Shown: one piece after another, positions 1 to 17,971 of the stretch
Layout: every line of letters begins with the position of its first letter
Numbering within the stretch: the first letter of the stretch is position 1
Assembly (NCBI RefSeq): GCF_001186125.1
Contig: NW_014040220.1
Location: 15,196 to 67,456 of the forward strand
DNA from: Sphaeroforma arctica JP610
Taxonomy: Eukaryota
Direction of reading: 5' to 3'
Length of the DNA stretch: 52,261 nucleotides
Translations under genes and position numbers: made by a program
The notes under the pieces: generated by a model
Databases searched by the model: none
What the model was told of the DNA's origin: nothing
Seen by the model: only the letters and a program-made list of their open reading frames with translations

Positions 1-121
<121 letters not shown>

Positions 122-546
122 GGTATATATATGCGACAGAATACGCCCAGGTTTTTTGTAGTCCAATCAATTGATAAAATCATGTAGCAGAATACATACC
201 CCGGATCAGCAACAGATACTGCACAGACGCACATGTTTCAGCCTTAAGCGCGCACGTGCAGGCATGCCAGCACCTACACACACACACATACATGTCGATA
301 TATACACAGACTAAGTACCCGTGTGTGATTGTATATTACAAATACACGTGTGTGACTGTATATTACAAATACACGTGTGTGATCATTTCGTACAAGTACG
401 CCTGGACACACACATCCCCCCCTCCCCCACACACACACAAACACCCTTACCTGGAAGGCCTGTTTAGGGTCTCCGTGATACTTATGCAAACAGTTCAGCA
501 GATTCTTCTCAATAACCTAAAAACCCTAAACCACACACACCCTTAC

Positions 547-5017
<4,471 letters not shown>

Positions 5018-5970
5018 GGTGTTGTTTGTGTGGGTGTAAGGATCAAGCGTTCTTGTGAGTGTATGTATATCGTAGTTGTGTGGACCTTGTTGCTGTTTAC
5101 ACGCAATGTATAGTTACACAAACAAATACGTACCCCAACTATACATACGATAAATACATCTGTATTTATGTGTAAATATATCACACATTACTATGTGTAC
5201 TTAGATATATCACACATCAATATGTGTACATCGTAATAAATATCTCAGACATAGCAGCCACACATGAATCCATGAGCACTGTATTAATTTCCAGAAAACT
5301 AGGACAATTTGCCGGCCCCAAATAGCCTATAAAAATACTTTTTTTTTCAAAATAATAATAGACCCCACCAGATTTGATATTTGAGATTTCACATGGCGCA
5401 GCCGGAAAGCCATTGTGAATATATTTGGTGTAATCAATTCTAAAAATAGAATACCCTACTTCAGAGTTGTATGACTCAGTACTGTACTCAAATAACTCAA
5501 TCCTTTATAAGTGGAACTTATATTCAGGCCAATAGCGCCGTCCCAATATAAACGTTTATCGTAGCCGTATATTTTTTTCAGAGCTGATACGTTTCAATGC
5601 AAAACGTATTGATGTATTTATGTAAATAAATAATGTATGCATGTCTCGGCAAATACGATCGCGTGGACGTGCTGCCCACATTGCTTTTTTATATTTATTT
5701 GTTCAATAGGAGGCTATGATTTGAATATTAGACGGTACACATATTAAACGAAGGGCGTGTAAGTGATTGTATAGCTTAAATATACGATTCAATAATAGGC
5801 AAGCAAGTAGTACAGGTTGGCTTGTGTCTCTGTAGACAAGTCTGCATATCACTTACGAAGAAAGTGTACATACACAACCACAACAATATACGTGTGAGCT
5901 CTTATCGCATTCGTTTATCTCGTCCGATTAAACCGCACGCATCTAGACACCCTCACAGCCTACCGCCGAG
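5018..5970. promoter_or_regulatory. Probable bidirectional promoter/5'UTR region between divergent PUS7 and MPP-alpha
   Basis: About 950-bp AT-rich spacer between two head-to-head ATGs. Positional inference only. Confidence 0.5.
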
Positions 5971-6541
5971 ATGTCCTCAGCCCTTCGCAGTCGTATACTG
6001 CAGCCGCTGGCAGTGCAATGCCACGCACTCGCCTCAGCAATCGCACGTCCCCATACACATCACAGTAGACACACAATCAGTTCATCACCTGCACTACTCA
6101 GCCCATTCAAACGTACCCTAAGCACCTTGTTCACATCCGATCGCACAGTCGAGAGTGTGTCTGGCGAGCCAGAGAAAGTGTCTCTGAGCAAGCCGTTGAG
6201 GGGGTTCGAGAATCCCAAGTATGCTGTGGTTGATCTCAGCAGACCCCCAACCACCCAGATTACACAGTTAGACAATGGGTTAGCCGTGGCTAGTGAAGAC
6301 TCACCGGGAGCCTTTGCGGTCGTGGGGGTGTCTATGGAGGCGGGTACAAGGTTCGAGGAGAAGGACGCTACCGGCATATTCCACTTTCTGGATCGAATGG
6401 CGTATAAGAGTACTGTCAACCATAGCCAGGTATGGGAGGATAGTCAGAAGCACTCGCACAGGGAGATATCGTGCTCGTCAATTTAGATTAGTGTAGATAT
6501 ACAAACATTGTTGATATGTATATGTATGTATGTATGTATAC

Positions 6542-6595
<54 letters not shown>

Positions 6596-9500
6596 GTGTG
6601 TGTATGTANNNNNNNNNNNNNNNNNNNNGTTATAGTTATATATATATATACTATTTAATATAGTTATGTATTTGTATGTATGTTTGTATGTGTATGTATA
6701 CCTGTCTATTCCTATATTTATATCTATATTTTTGTATCTATATCTATTTTTACACCACTGCATCAGTGTCATGCTATATACATAACTACCATCCACTGAA
6801 GTATGTATTTAATTTGCCTGAACGTGTACAAACGTTTCACAGGTGCTGGTTTCTTTTTCCGTACATATGGAACAGGATGCATATAAACGTGTACAAATAG
6901 ATGCTTCAAATGTGTACTATTCCTGGAAAGAACCTGCACAAATGTACATACCCTGCTTATTACTGTGCTGTACACATGTGATTTGGAACAGCATACACTT
7001 ATTTATTTGATGTTTCTTACAATGTCTACTCAAATTGTGTATATAAATATATATATATATACATTATATTCGTGTGTGTGTGCGTGCATAATTTTACACG
7101 CGTGTTGAATCTACATAGATATTTATAGATATTGACAAGTTAGCTTCAACGTGGGCTTATTATATATATGTGTGTGTGTGTATCTATATATTTATATATA
7201 TAGGTATATATGTATATATGTTATATGTATATATGTATGTATATATATGTGTGTGTATATATATATGTGTATATGTATGTATACATATATATATGTGTGT
7301 GTGTGTGTATCTATATATATATATATATATGCTATATGTATATATGTATGTGTATATATATATATGTGTGTGTATGTATGTATGTGCGTGTGTATATCTG
7401 AAGTGCATGCATCGACACATGTACATACTGAACTGTAGCGTCCGCCTGCAGTGACTATATATCACTTATATATCACTGCCGCACCTACAACTTAAAACAT
7501 GCAGTAGTCCACCCTCTCATAACAAAAGTATCTGAATCACACCTTCTTTTCAATATCCTAGACCCCTATGTCTTCTACATACAATCCACCTTCGCATGAC
7601 AAAGGTATCTGAATCACACCTTCCTTTCAATATCCTAGACCCCTATACCTTCTACATACAGTCCACCTCCTCATAATAAAGGTATCTGAATCACACCTTC
7701 CTTTCAATATCCTAGACCCCTATGCCTTCTACATACAATCCACCTTCTCATAACAAAGGTATCTGAATCACACCTTCCTTTCAATATCCTAGACCCCTAT
7801 ACCTTCTACATACAGTTCACCTCCTCATAATAAAGGTATCTGAATCACACCTTCCTTTCAATATCCTAGACCCCTATGCCTTCTACATACAATCCACCTT
7901 CCTTTCAATATTTAAACTACGTACTCTCCATCGTCACAGCGTGAGCTGGTTGCTGAACTGGAGAAGCTCGGTGGCAGTGCCTTCTGCCAAGGCTCGAGAG
8001 ACTGCATGGTGTACTACATGTGTGTGTTCAACAAGGACGTGGATCGGGCTATGGAATTGTTGGCGGAGAGTGTGTTGAACCCTGCTTTGGCCCAGGTGTG
8101 TATGTGGACGGTATAGGCTGTGTGAGTTTAGGGGGGTTGATACATGCGTGCATATGTATATGTGTGTTTTATTTTAATTGGGTTGATTGCTGAGTCGTAT
8201 GCCAATGTCTTTTCCGATATACTTTTATGATTCGAACTTTACGCACAAGTATGTGTTTGCCTTGCCCTTGAAGCATAGCTGCATACGTACCTGCTCGCAT
8301 CAGCGTATGTATGTGAGTGGCAAGAGATAGCTACCTACTAGGTATGTTGTGTATATGAGTGGCAAGAGATAGCTACCTACTGTAGGTATGTTGTGTATGT
8401 GAGTGGCAAGAGATAGCTATCTACTGTAGGTATGTTGTGTATATGAGTGGCAAGAGATAGCTACCTACTGTAGGTATGTTGTGTATGTGAGTGGCAAGAG
8501 ATAGCTACCTACTGTAGGTATGTTGTGTATGTGAGTGGCAAGAGATAGCTACCTACTAGGTATGTTGTGTAATGAGTGGCAAGACATAGCTACCTACTGT
8601 AGGTATGTTGTGTAATGGTGGCAAGACATAGCTACCTACTGTAGGTATGTTGGCGTATGCTTCTATGCACGTCAGTCTATGTGTATGTTTGTGCGTGTAG
8701 TTATCAAGACCCACTACACTCAACACAGCCCAACATTATCTGGGCCTCGTTGTTTAATGATAGGTTTTACTCACCGCAGCTGAAGCTCTGTAGCATTTGT
8801 GTATCCATGCCATGTAGCCAATGTCTGTTTCTAGGCTATATTTGTATGCTCTATTTGAACAACCGAGCCAGACAAACCCTGAACCTTAAACCCTAGAACC
8901 CCATCCAGCTTGCTCCTATACCTATCTACCATACTCATCCCATAGTCTCCTGACAACCGTCCTACCTTTGCAGAGCGAGATAGAGGAACAGAGACAGCTG
9001 GTGCTGTTTGAGAAGGAGGATATGCTGCAACGGCCCGAAATCGCAGTCACAGAGCTGATGTACGAAGCCGCTTACTCACAGTCAAGTATGGGACAACCAC
9101 TGATCTGCCCAGACGACACCATCAACGCAATGACTCCCGAACTACTGCACAAGTACCACAAGCAGGTGTGTGCGCATTACGCAACTGTATATCTATGAAT
9201 GTATATATATGTGTGTGTGTGTGTGCGATAAAAATGTGCCCGTGTTTCAGAAGGTAGAGTGTGGTGTGGGCGACAGTTGAATGCATGGACCTGATTGTTT
9301 GGTTGATATGTGCTGTTGGCGTATAGCTCTGTGCATGCGCTCACTTTTGCATTGATATATACGTATGGATTTTTTCCCACTCGCGTCTATCAACATGCAG
9401 ACAAATAGACTGGTATCCGTGTTCCCACACTCATGCACATACATTCACTCACTCACTCACTCACTCACACATACCGACTTATGCACATATACACACTCAC

Positions 9501-12500
9501 ACACACGCACATACCCTTCCATTCCCAGTACTACATCGCTCCCAGGATGGTGGTAGCGGCCGCCGGCGTTCCGCACGAGAAACTGCTGTCACTGACCAAG
9601 CAGCACTTTGCCAACGTACCCAGTGCACCCGCCACACCTCTGCCCGAGTTTGCGCCTCAGACGTACGTAGGCGGGGCTTTGCAGAAGCACAGCGCCGATC
9701 TCAAGCACGCAAACGTTATCCTGGCGTATGAGGGCCTTCCCTGGGACCATGACGATATATATGCACTGTGTACGCTGCAGATGCTGATGGGTGGGGGTGC
9801 CTCGTTCAGTGCGGGTGGGCCGGGCAAGGGCATGCACTCTAGGCTTATGACCAGGGTGAGGGGTGGTGTGGGTGGGGAGGGTAGGTAGAATAGAGCAGGT
9901 TTAGGATTTTAAGGCGAGTTTAGAGTATGTGTTGCATGCACTAGGCTTATGACCAGGGTGTGTGGGTGGGGAGGGTAGGTAGAATAGAGCAGGTTTAGGA
10001 TTTTAAGGCGAGTTTAGAGTATGTGTTGCATGCACTAGGCTTATGACCAGGGTTTGGGTGGGGAGGGTAGGTAGAATAGAGTAGGGTAGAGTATGTGGTG
10101 TTGTATTGTATGCACAGTGGTTGGATATAGTACGATTTATGTGTTGTGTTTGGGTATGGAAGAAGTCGCACTATATATAGCGGTTGAGTATAGTTGGAGT
10201 TTTGTTGTGGGTGTACAGTTATTGTACCGGTGTCCGTAGTGTATAGTACAATATGTATGTAGGAATTGCATATAGCATATGCATATGTTTATTCATATTT
10301 ATTTATATATATATCTATATTATTTATATGTAGATGTATATTTATATGTATATGTATGTTGTACGTATTGTCCGTGTACGAGTGTACTCGAGAGTGTGCG
10401 TGGGCACTGGATGTGATGATAGCCGACCAAAGACCCCCCACTGATAAGTACTTAACTAGTCAGTGTAATGGTGTTGTTTGCAAATAAACAGAGTCTTGTG
10501 GTTTGCACAGACGCCTTTGATAGCCCCCCATGTTTTGTGAATTGACCTTGCCGTCGTCCTGCTATAACTAAGGTACTCCTCTCGTGGTGCGTTGTGGTGC
10601 GTTGGCTAGTATATTCACGCTGCCGTTACATCCGTTCAGCCCAAAGGAAGCTTCATACCAAGAATGGGCGCCAGTTGGTATAACTATCCTGACCTTCCCA
10701 TCGCCACCACACTATGTTGCTCACATCCCGTCCCACTATTGACCGTGCAGGTGCTAAACCGGTACTACTGGATTGAGAGCTGTATGGCGCAACTCACCAG
10801 CCACAAGGACACAGGCTTGTTCTACATGCACGGCACCTGCGACGACGAGAATGTGCACAACCTCATGCGGGTAAGCAACAACATGGCTTATGTGACATGT
10901 AACGTTATACATGGCAGCAGCAGACTATGCAGTGCTGAGCCACGCCCACTGTTGTATAGGGGCACGCGTAGCCATAGCCGTATCATGCAGAGTGTTGTAT
11001 TGATTTGATAACAGAGTGTGTTGTATTAATAACAAAGTGTGTTGTATTGACTTAATAACAAAGTGTGTTGTATAAATAACACAGTGTTGTATTGGGTTAT
11101 GACCAGAGCGTGTCTTGTGACCATTGTGCCTGGGCAAAGCATCTAGTCGCTTGTCCGTTGGTAGTTACACGCATCTGCAGGTACCGCTGGTGTTGACTAC
11201 ATCCCATGGGCATAATGAATGTGATGTCCAGTAGCCGTAGTAAGCTCTCACTAGTGTGTACTTAGTACCATACAGATTGGTTGTGTGTCAGTGTGTGTGT
11301 CAGAATTTACCTACTGAAGTATACTCCAGCGCCCATTTCTCACATCACTTGTGCCTGTTTGCCCGTGACAGTCCGAACTTCCGTGTCTCTCACATAGGTG
11401 TTGTACTCTGGCGTTTGTGGAGCGATTGTTCCGTGTGCTCGTATTTAACTACTATATAAATGTGTCTGTGTCTGTTTTTGTGTGCGTGTATGCGTTGTGT
11501 ATGTATATATATGTCTATCTATATATACATATATTTATACTATTGACACGTGTCTGTGCTTATTTCTGTAGGTGATGGAAGAAGAGTTCGAAGGCATGGC
11601 CAGCGCTGTCACAGATACCGAACTGTCGCGTGCGCAGAATCAGCTGAAGTCGCATCTGCTCATGAATTTAGAGTCGAGGTAAGTTATTGTCTGGGTACCG
11701 TTGTGTGCCTTACACCCTGTCCGTTGGGTTTGTTGTGCGACTTGTTCTATTCATACATCTTGATCGTCTTAGTGTTTAGAAACCCTGAAACCCTATACCC
11801 TTGATCGTCTTGTGACCCTGGCCAATAAAGGCGTTAGGCTTTGTATTAGGCCAGTATATTACAATTGCGTTTATAATCATGTATGTCCGTGGCTTGCACC
11901 TACTCTTTGGACTCATGATATGAGTGTACACTCTTGGATAAGTCCTTAATAATCATGTATGTCCGTGGCTTGTACCTACCCTTTGAACTCATGATTTGAG
12001 TGTACACACCTGGACAAGTCTCCATTCGCTGTGTATGCGGCTTGACCTGCTGGATTCGTATGGTCTTTCATACGTGTTGGTTCAATTGCCCAATAGTATG
12101 TTAAGTTATAGCCCATTAGTATGTTAAGTTATAGCCCATTAGTATGTTGAGCTATAGCCCATTCATACGTTAAGTTATAGCTCATTAGTACGTTAAGTTA
12201 TAGCTCATTAGTACGCTAAGTTTTTTTTCAGTACGTGATTAGTACTGCACACACCTCCAGGCGCATGGATAGCCTCTCTGCATGCCATAGGTGGCACTTG
12301 GTATGCTGCATCGCTCTTGCACGCATAAACCTTCTCCTCACTACACCAACTCGGTATTCATTCATTCGCTTGTCCTTGTTTGCCATCGCCGCATTCTCCG
12401 CAGAGTGGTCCAATTCGATGACATCAGCAAACAGATCTTAACCACCGGCAAACGCATCCAGCCGCTGGAGCTCTGCCGGCACATCGATCTGGTAACGAAG

Positions 12501-12965
12501 GAAGATCTCGGGCGAGTGGTACGTTGTGTTGCTTTTTGCCGCAGACGTTTGGTGGGATCAAATTGTTTTCTCTATTCAAACGTGTCATGTTTTGTTTGCT
12601 AGTGGAAGATAGTGTATACTTAAGCTGTTGGGAAGCGCACAGTCTCGTTTAAATTTCGTTCTTATCGCACACTGTGGCCAACACCACCGGTATACACAGT
12701 ACAAAAGACCCGTATATCAATTTACTTTACTATACAATAGTATTGATTTATCTAAATCCATATTGATATTGATTCGATATTGATTTTGATCTGTATTATA
12801 TATATATATATATGTCCAGCTCATGTGTTGCTTCCATCAAACCAGAATATCTACGTTTATATTTTACCGCTTCAGGCTCGCCGAATGCTAGCAGGAAAGC
12901 CCACTTCCGCCATTTATGGTAATCTGGACAAGATGAGCCCCAGTGTTGTCGCCCAGACATTTTAG
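5971..12965 (+). CDS. PMPCA: Mitochondrial processing peptidase alpha subunit (peptidase M16 family), 8 exons
   Basis: GT-AG exons in consistent phase: 5971-6429, 7940-8095, 8974-9165, 9529-9855, 10751-10870, 11572-11678, 12404-12518, 12876-12965. Arg/Ser-rich presequence, [13 protein letters not shown], degenerate zinc motif HFLDRMAYK, diagnostic glycine loop [37 protein letters not shown]. Confidence 0.96.
7507..7910. repeat. Intronic minisatellite, 77-bp unit x~5 with alternating A/B variants
   Basis: gtatctgaatcacacc at 7528, 7605, 7682, 7759, 7836. Confidence 0.92.
8308..8651. repeat. Intronic minisatellite, about 44-bp unit x8
   Basis: gagtggcaagagatagctacctactgtaggtatgttgtgtat repeats. 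Confidence 0.92.
9839..10081. repeat. Triplication of MPP-alpha exon 4 end plus donor and intron start
   Basis: ctaggcttatgaccagggt...gggtggggagggtaggtagaatagag occurs three times. Confidence 0.85.
12094..12222. repeat. Intronic minisatellite, about 23-bp unit
   Basis: tagtatgttaagttatagcccat repeats. Confidence 0.8.
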
Positions 12966-15900
12966 GATGAACATTCAATACGTTCGGAGAAGTGCAGATG
13001 GAGTGCAGATCAATGCGAGACCATGAAAGTGTGACGGGTGAATGGTTGCCTTATTGGCAGCAGAGGATGGATAGTCCTGTGTACTACTGTAGCTCTCGTT
13101 ATTAGCCTCTCTCTCGTCTCAGCGTTCGACACCTCGTGATCACTACAGCGCCGACACTATTGTGTTGAAGTTCGTTTATATAGCGACTTGAAACGTGGAC
13201 AATGTAGTACTGAATACAGAATCATGTTGGTCCTCTCACTGCGGGTGTTAGGAACCATAGCGGTTTTCTCGAGTTGGCGTGGTGTGACCTGCGAGAAAAT
13301 ACGGTTTCCGAACCTGCCACTGAGTGGAGTATGCTCAGGCTGTTAGCGCTAGAGAGCATGCCTGCATCGTAATCGCATTAAGAGACGGTTGATCGTAGGC
13401 GCTGTATATGTCGTGAATTGTACCACAAAGGAGCACTGTACTACCGCAACATCATTTGGGCTAATATTATTCAGTATGACAGAATGATCACTGGATCTTC
13501 CGTATGCGCGACAGCTGGAGCCTTTGTTGACGCCAAGTTGTCAGGGGAGTGACGAGGTGGGTGCATGACATCGACACGACCAGCACAGGCTACTGCGCTT
13601 TGGAGAGCGGCTACTTCAAATTTCTAGTAAAAAGCTACACCAGAGATCAGGCAATAGTTCTGGGTTGGGCAGTATTCTGTGAATATAAATAGGTTTGTTA
13701 ATTAGCGCGTTGATTGATCGGCTTGATAGGTGATTCACGTGTTGTGTTTCTCTGAGGTACTCGGATATGTGTCAGTGCTCTACGGTCTCCTTGTCTTCTC
13801 TACGATCGTACGCTGTCGCTTATATTCGATTTGGGAACTGCATGGTGCTCTTATGTGACCTAATGTACGTCAATGAGTGTGCTGGCAGGTCGTACGTGTC
13901 ATACCTACGTATCCTTAAGTTTATGTTTACCCTTGCTGTACAGCAAGCTTGGATTGTATGCTAGTTTCAAATCCTATGACCCGCCAGTTGCGCTTCAACC
14001 GGCACTTTCAATACTATGATGACTTCTACAGTGAAACATAGAAGCTATAGGTAAACTTGCCGCCGATCGCGAACTCAGATACGAGTGCTAGAATAGCACT
14101 CCGGCTTTTGTATTTTTTTTTACCCCATGATTAAAGAAAGCAATATGAAGATAGATATCGCATCCTTCGAGGTACGCGTATTGGTTAGTCGCGACGGTTG
14201 CGGGGATTTCATGACACACCCGTACGACCCCAATCCGCAATAATATTCACCTCGATAGCTGTAGATGTCGGATAAAAGGTCAGCATATAGACTCAATATT
14301 GCACCCAAAAGTTTTAGGTTGTGCTGACTTCACTTGTTGCAGTCGAAGTGTGTGTTCTTCTCAAACGATCTATTGCGATCAGCCCGGGTTATGCCTTTAC
14401 ACAGTTATCTTTTGATGTAGCAATTGTATCTTCTTGTGTGTAATACTCTTGTTTCTAGTCTATGTATCGACTATTTACGTCAGTCTGCGACTGATAATGG
14501 ATTATGTTTGTTTGATTCTGATCTTCAATGCTAATCTCTCCTTTTTAAGGCTGTGATCATAGTGGTATGTGTTAATCTTACGTTGGATATGCGTGTGTGA
14601 GCGTGTGGTCCCTGTTGTGGGGATGTGATGTAACGTATCTTTCGTGACATGTGCTTTATTCATCTGCTATATTCTTGCATGTGTTGTTCCTTGATTTAAG
14701 TCATGAGCGTGTTTTGATGAGATGGTTTGCGTGATTAGAGATGCCTGATTTGTCAGTGATTGATTAGTTCGAACCCGTTGACATTTGCTTTGTTTTGTAT
14801 GAAGTGGTGAGTTTAAAATATATTTTGTGTGCTTCTCTGATTTTGGGGAAGACTTCTGAATTCCATTCGATATGATTGCATCAGATGTTTGAACTCTGTT
14901 GGTGTGTCTTTATTCTTTTGTATCTATATACATATATTCTTGTCTTTGTTCCCTCCTTTTGATGGGTTATGGTTCACCTCTGGAGTTGAGGGACCTTCTT
15001 TGTTGTCGGTTGGCGGTGGTGTTTGGATATTCCACCTCTGATATTGAGGAATATGATCCATGTATAATGATTGATGTATGATTTGTTGGCTTTTTACGCG
15101 TTTCTAATTTTGTCACTGGTCTAGGCCTCGTTTGTATGGCATTATTCCACTTGTGTTGTGAAATTATGTCGCTGAATGTTCGGAGCGTGTCTGCACTTCA
15201 TGTAGTTTTGTGTAGTGTTTGTACTTTTGTTGCTCATGAGTTGTTTGACTGTATGATTTCCAGATCGCGTGTGGACACCGCCTTCTTCTTTTTGTGGTTT
15301 GTGTTATGGAGTCTTATAGACTTCTTTCTTAACAGTCTGGTAATGTCGTGGTAATCTAACGTAGCAGGACTGCCTACTAGAGGGTAAATAAGAACGTAGA
15401 TGTTGAATTTGACTATGAGCATTTGTACATGTACTTAGATGTTGCATTTAGACTGCTGAGTGCTGTGTGCACCTTTCCTTGTCTGAAAACCTTAGTTGTT
15501 CCTGCGCCCTTAAGCTCAATAAGTGTGATGTGTTATCCTTGTTCTAACCGCATTGGATGTCTTCCCTGCTATACGATCTATGCTTCCTACATTTAAATGG
15601 GCTGGTTATTATGGATGTTTCTGGAGTTTAAGATGGTTTTGCTTCCTATAGGAATCACTAGCTGATTGTCGTAGACTATTTTACACTGTGTTATTGACTT
15701 TTTAACACCACATAAATTCAGAAAAGAAGTTATTACAATGAATTACAATGACACATTTGTAAATTTTCACTCCCCAACATTGATATTGTTCTTATAGAAA
15801 TATGTTTGTGGGGTTGTACACTCGGGATTACCTATATACGCTTACCTTAGGGTACGCCTAAACTTCTTTGCCTAGAACACTGAAATAAAACACTTTGTTG

Positions 15901-16552
15901 GGTACTTACTTGATACAACCATGAAACTCTTGTTGGGTACCTGGGTTATCAGGCGTTGGTTTCTGTCAGAGATGTTTCTTTTTCCTTCTTTTACTCTTTT
16001 GACTGGTATTCTTTCTGCCTTGCCCTTGGTCTTCCGTGTCGTTAGAGGATAGCTTCCTCTGACCCGTTGAGTGTCCCTTCTTCTCTTCTTGACCCCGCTC
16101 CGTGGCCTAAGCTGTTTCTAGTCCCTTTTTAAAATATTTTGTACCTTAAATTATCTAAGGCCCTGATGTATAACAAGTTTGTTTTCCTATTATTTGACTT
16201 ACCGTGGTAAGAATATTGTTAAAAATGTATAGTTTGAGAGTAACCGAAAGATACGACCAAAGGAAACAGTAGACCTCTTCTTAAGTGCGAATCTCTCAGC
16301 TAAGTAAATTCCTAGGCTGAAGGACTCGCATTGAGTCTTTATTTGTGTTTAGTATTTTCTACACTCGACTTAATTTTTACTTAAGTGTTTCTCTCACACG
16401 CGGGAGCCCCGGTATCATCTATCGGTATTTCCGCTATATTTCTGATCGCTCTATCAGAAATATTGGATCCTAAATCCAAAACTCAGAATTTGCTAATCCT
16501 GGGTTTTGGGTTTAGGATTGGCTTTTCTGATAATCTGGTCCCTGGGGGCTAC

Positions 16553-17561
16553 ACTATCAAATCATAGTCTGGCGAAGTGATACAGACAACTGCCTTTGTG
16601 ACCGTGGTCCATTGATCAGTGAGGGTAAATACGGACCATGTCACGACACCTAATTTCTCTTTCGCCAGCTAGTTTTAACATAGTAGGCTCTGATTTACGA
16701 GTTACATCAGTTATCTTACAGAATCTCGATGATATACATGAAATTTGCGAGCCCGGAACCAACAACGTTTTATTCATGCCCGTCAACTCGTACATCTAGA
16801 ATGACACGCGCATCTTGCGGCCTGGCTTGCTCGATCCTCCCTTGATATATTGCTAGCGTCGCCTCTTCTTCCACATTAAGCATCCGAGCTGTGAAATCAG
16901 CAATTTTCTTGTCATTCTCCAAAATCTCGTCAATCGGTGAATCCGTCCCCTTCATGCCACGTAGACACTGATCATCATCATCGTCATCATCGTCCTTCCG
17001 GTCCTGACTTCGCGTGGCCATCGCCTTTGTAGTCTTGGACGTCTTCAATCGTTTGGCAGACGGCGGCTGGTATCGAACTCTGGTGATGATTGACTCTCAT
17101 CCCCGCTCGAGCTTTTCGACTTATCTTCCACCTTAAAATTCCTCTTGTTGATCTTTTTCCGCTTCTGGTATTTATCAAAAGCGGACGCCAACTTTTGTAA
17201 CGTTCGCATGTATTCGTCGGTGTCCGGATCCGAATTTGATTCTACTTCCTCCGATTCCGATTCCAAGGCCACTTGTCATTATGGTGTCCGGCTTTACGGT
17301 TCTGGTTCAGGTTCCGGTTGTTTCACCTCCTACAGTGAGTCCTTCTTCAAGCTTTTCTCACCCTTCTTTTCTTTGGACTTATTAATGACCTCGTCACTGG
17401 TCTCCTCCTTTGACTTCCTAACTTCTTGGACTTTTAAGTACCCTTCTGTCCTTCGGGCGCTTTGGGAGGTAGAGCCACCGCCATTAAAGTTTCGACCTTG
17501 TCGTCCGCTGAGGAGTCGGGGGTCAAGGTGGTTTTGGAACTCGTCACCATAGGTTGGCTCT
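16553..17561 (-). mobile_element. Internally deleted Ty3/Gypsy fragment (gag N-terminal part fused to aspartic protease), related to the element at 38419-47353
   Basis: RVILDVRVDGHE...SQISCISSRFCKITDVTRKSEPTMLKLAGEREI...TTVTKAVVCITSPDYDLIV matches the protease at 43182-43553. Confidence 0.85.
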
Positions 17562-17811
17562 TGTCAAGACAAATCCAACACTGTCATAAATATTACGGAT
17601 GTTACAAATACAATATCAGTTCGGTACCAAGTATTGTACACAAAGATAAACTGACACCTGCCATAATGTCATAAGAGTTATGACACAGAACAGAAATACT
17701 TTGCACTTACGTGCGAACAATATACTTATAGATGGCTAAGTGAAGGATATATATAACCCTTACTTTACGATGAAATAAAGAGATACGTTACATGATTCAA
17801 TAGTTCTAACA
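17562..17811 (+). repeat. Copia 5' LTR (TG...CA)
   Basis: Direct repeat of 24000-24217. Followed by gattatgggcct (17812-17823), resembling the copia-type half-tRNAiMet PBS GGTTATGGGCCC. Confidence 0.88.
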
Positions 17812-17971
17812 GATTATGGGCCTATTAGCTTACTATTCTTCTTCATCCCCTACACGTATCTGTCTTTACTGTGTCACAACTCTCTTCTCTATTTCGCTGT
17901 CAGTTTGACATTGGCTCCGCCGGTCCATCTTTCTAGCTTCGAGTTCACATGCAGTCCATCACCACTCCTCC

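Noticed and set aside
200..218. Possible extra PUS7 microexon (tgcag|tatctgttgctgatccggg|gtatgt)
   Set aside because: Translation does not match the expected next PUS7 motif
7507..8651. Regular repeat arrays as possible CRISPR
   Set aside because: No unique spacers, eukaryotic introns, no cas genes. Ordinary minisatellites.
14120..15900. Possible decayed LINE on the minus strand (ILSLYADL, IFLNIRGG fragments, A/C-rich strand)
   Set aside because: Motifs too short and no continuous RT/endonuclease alignment visible
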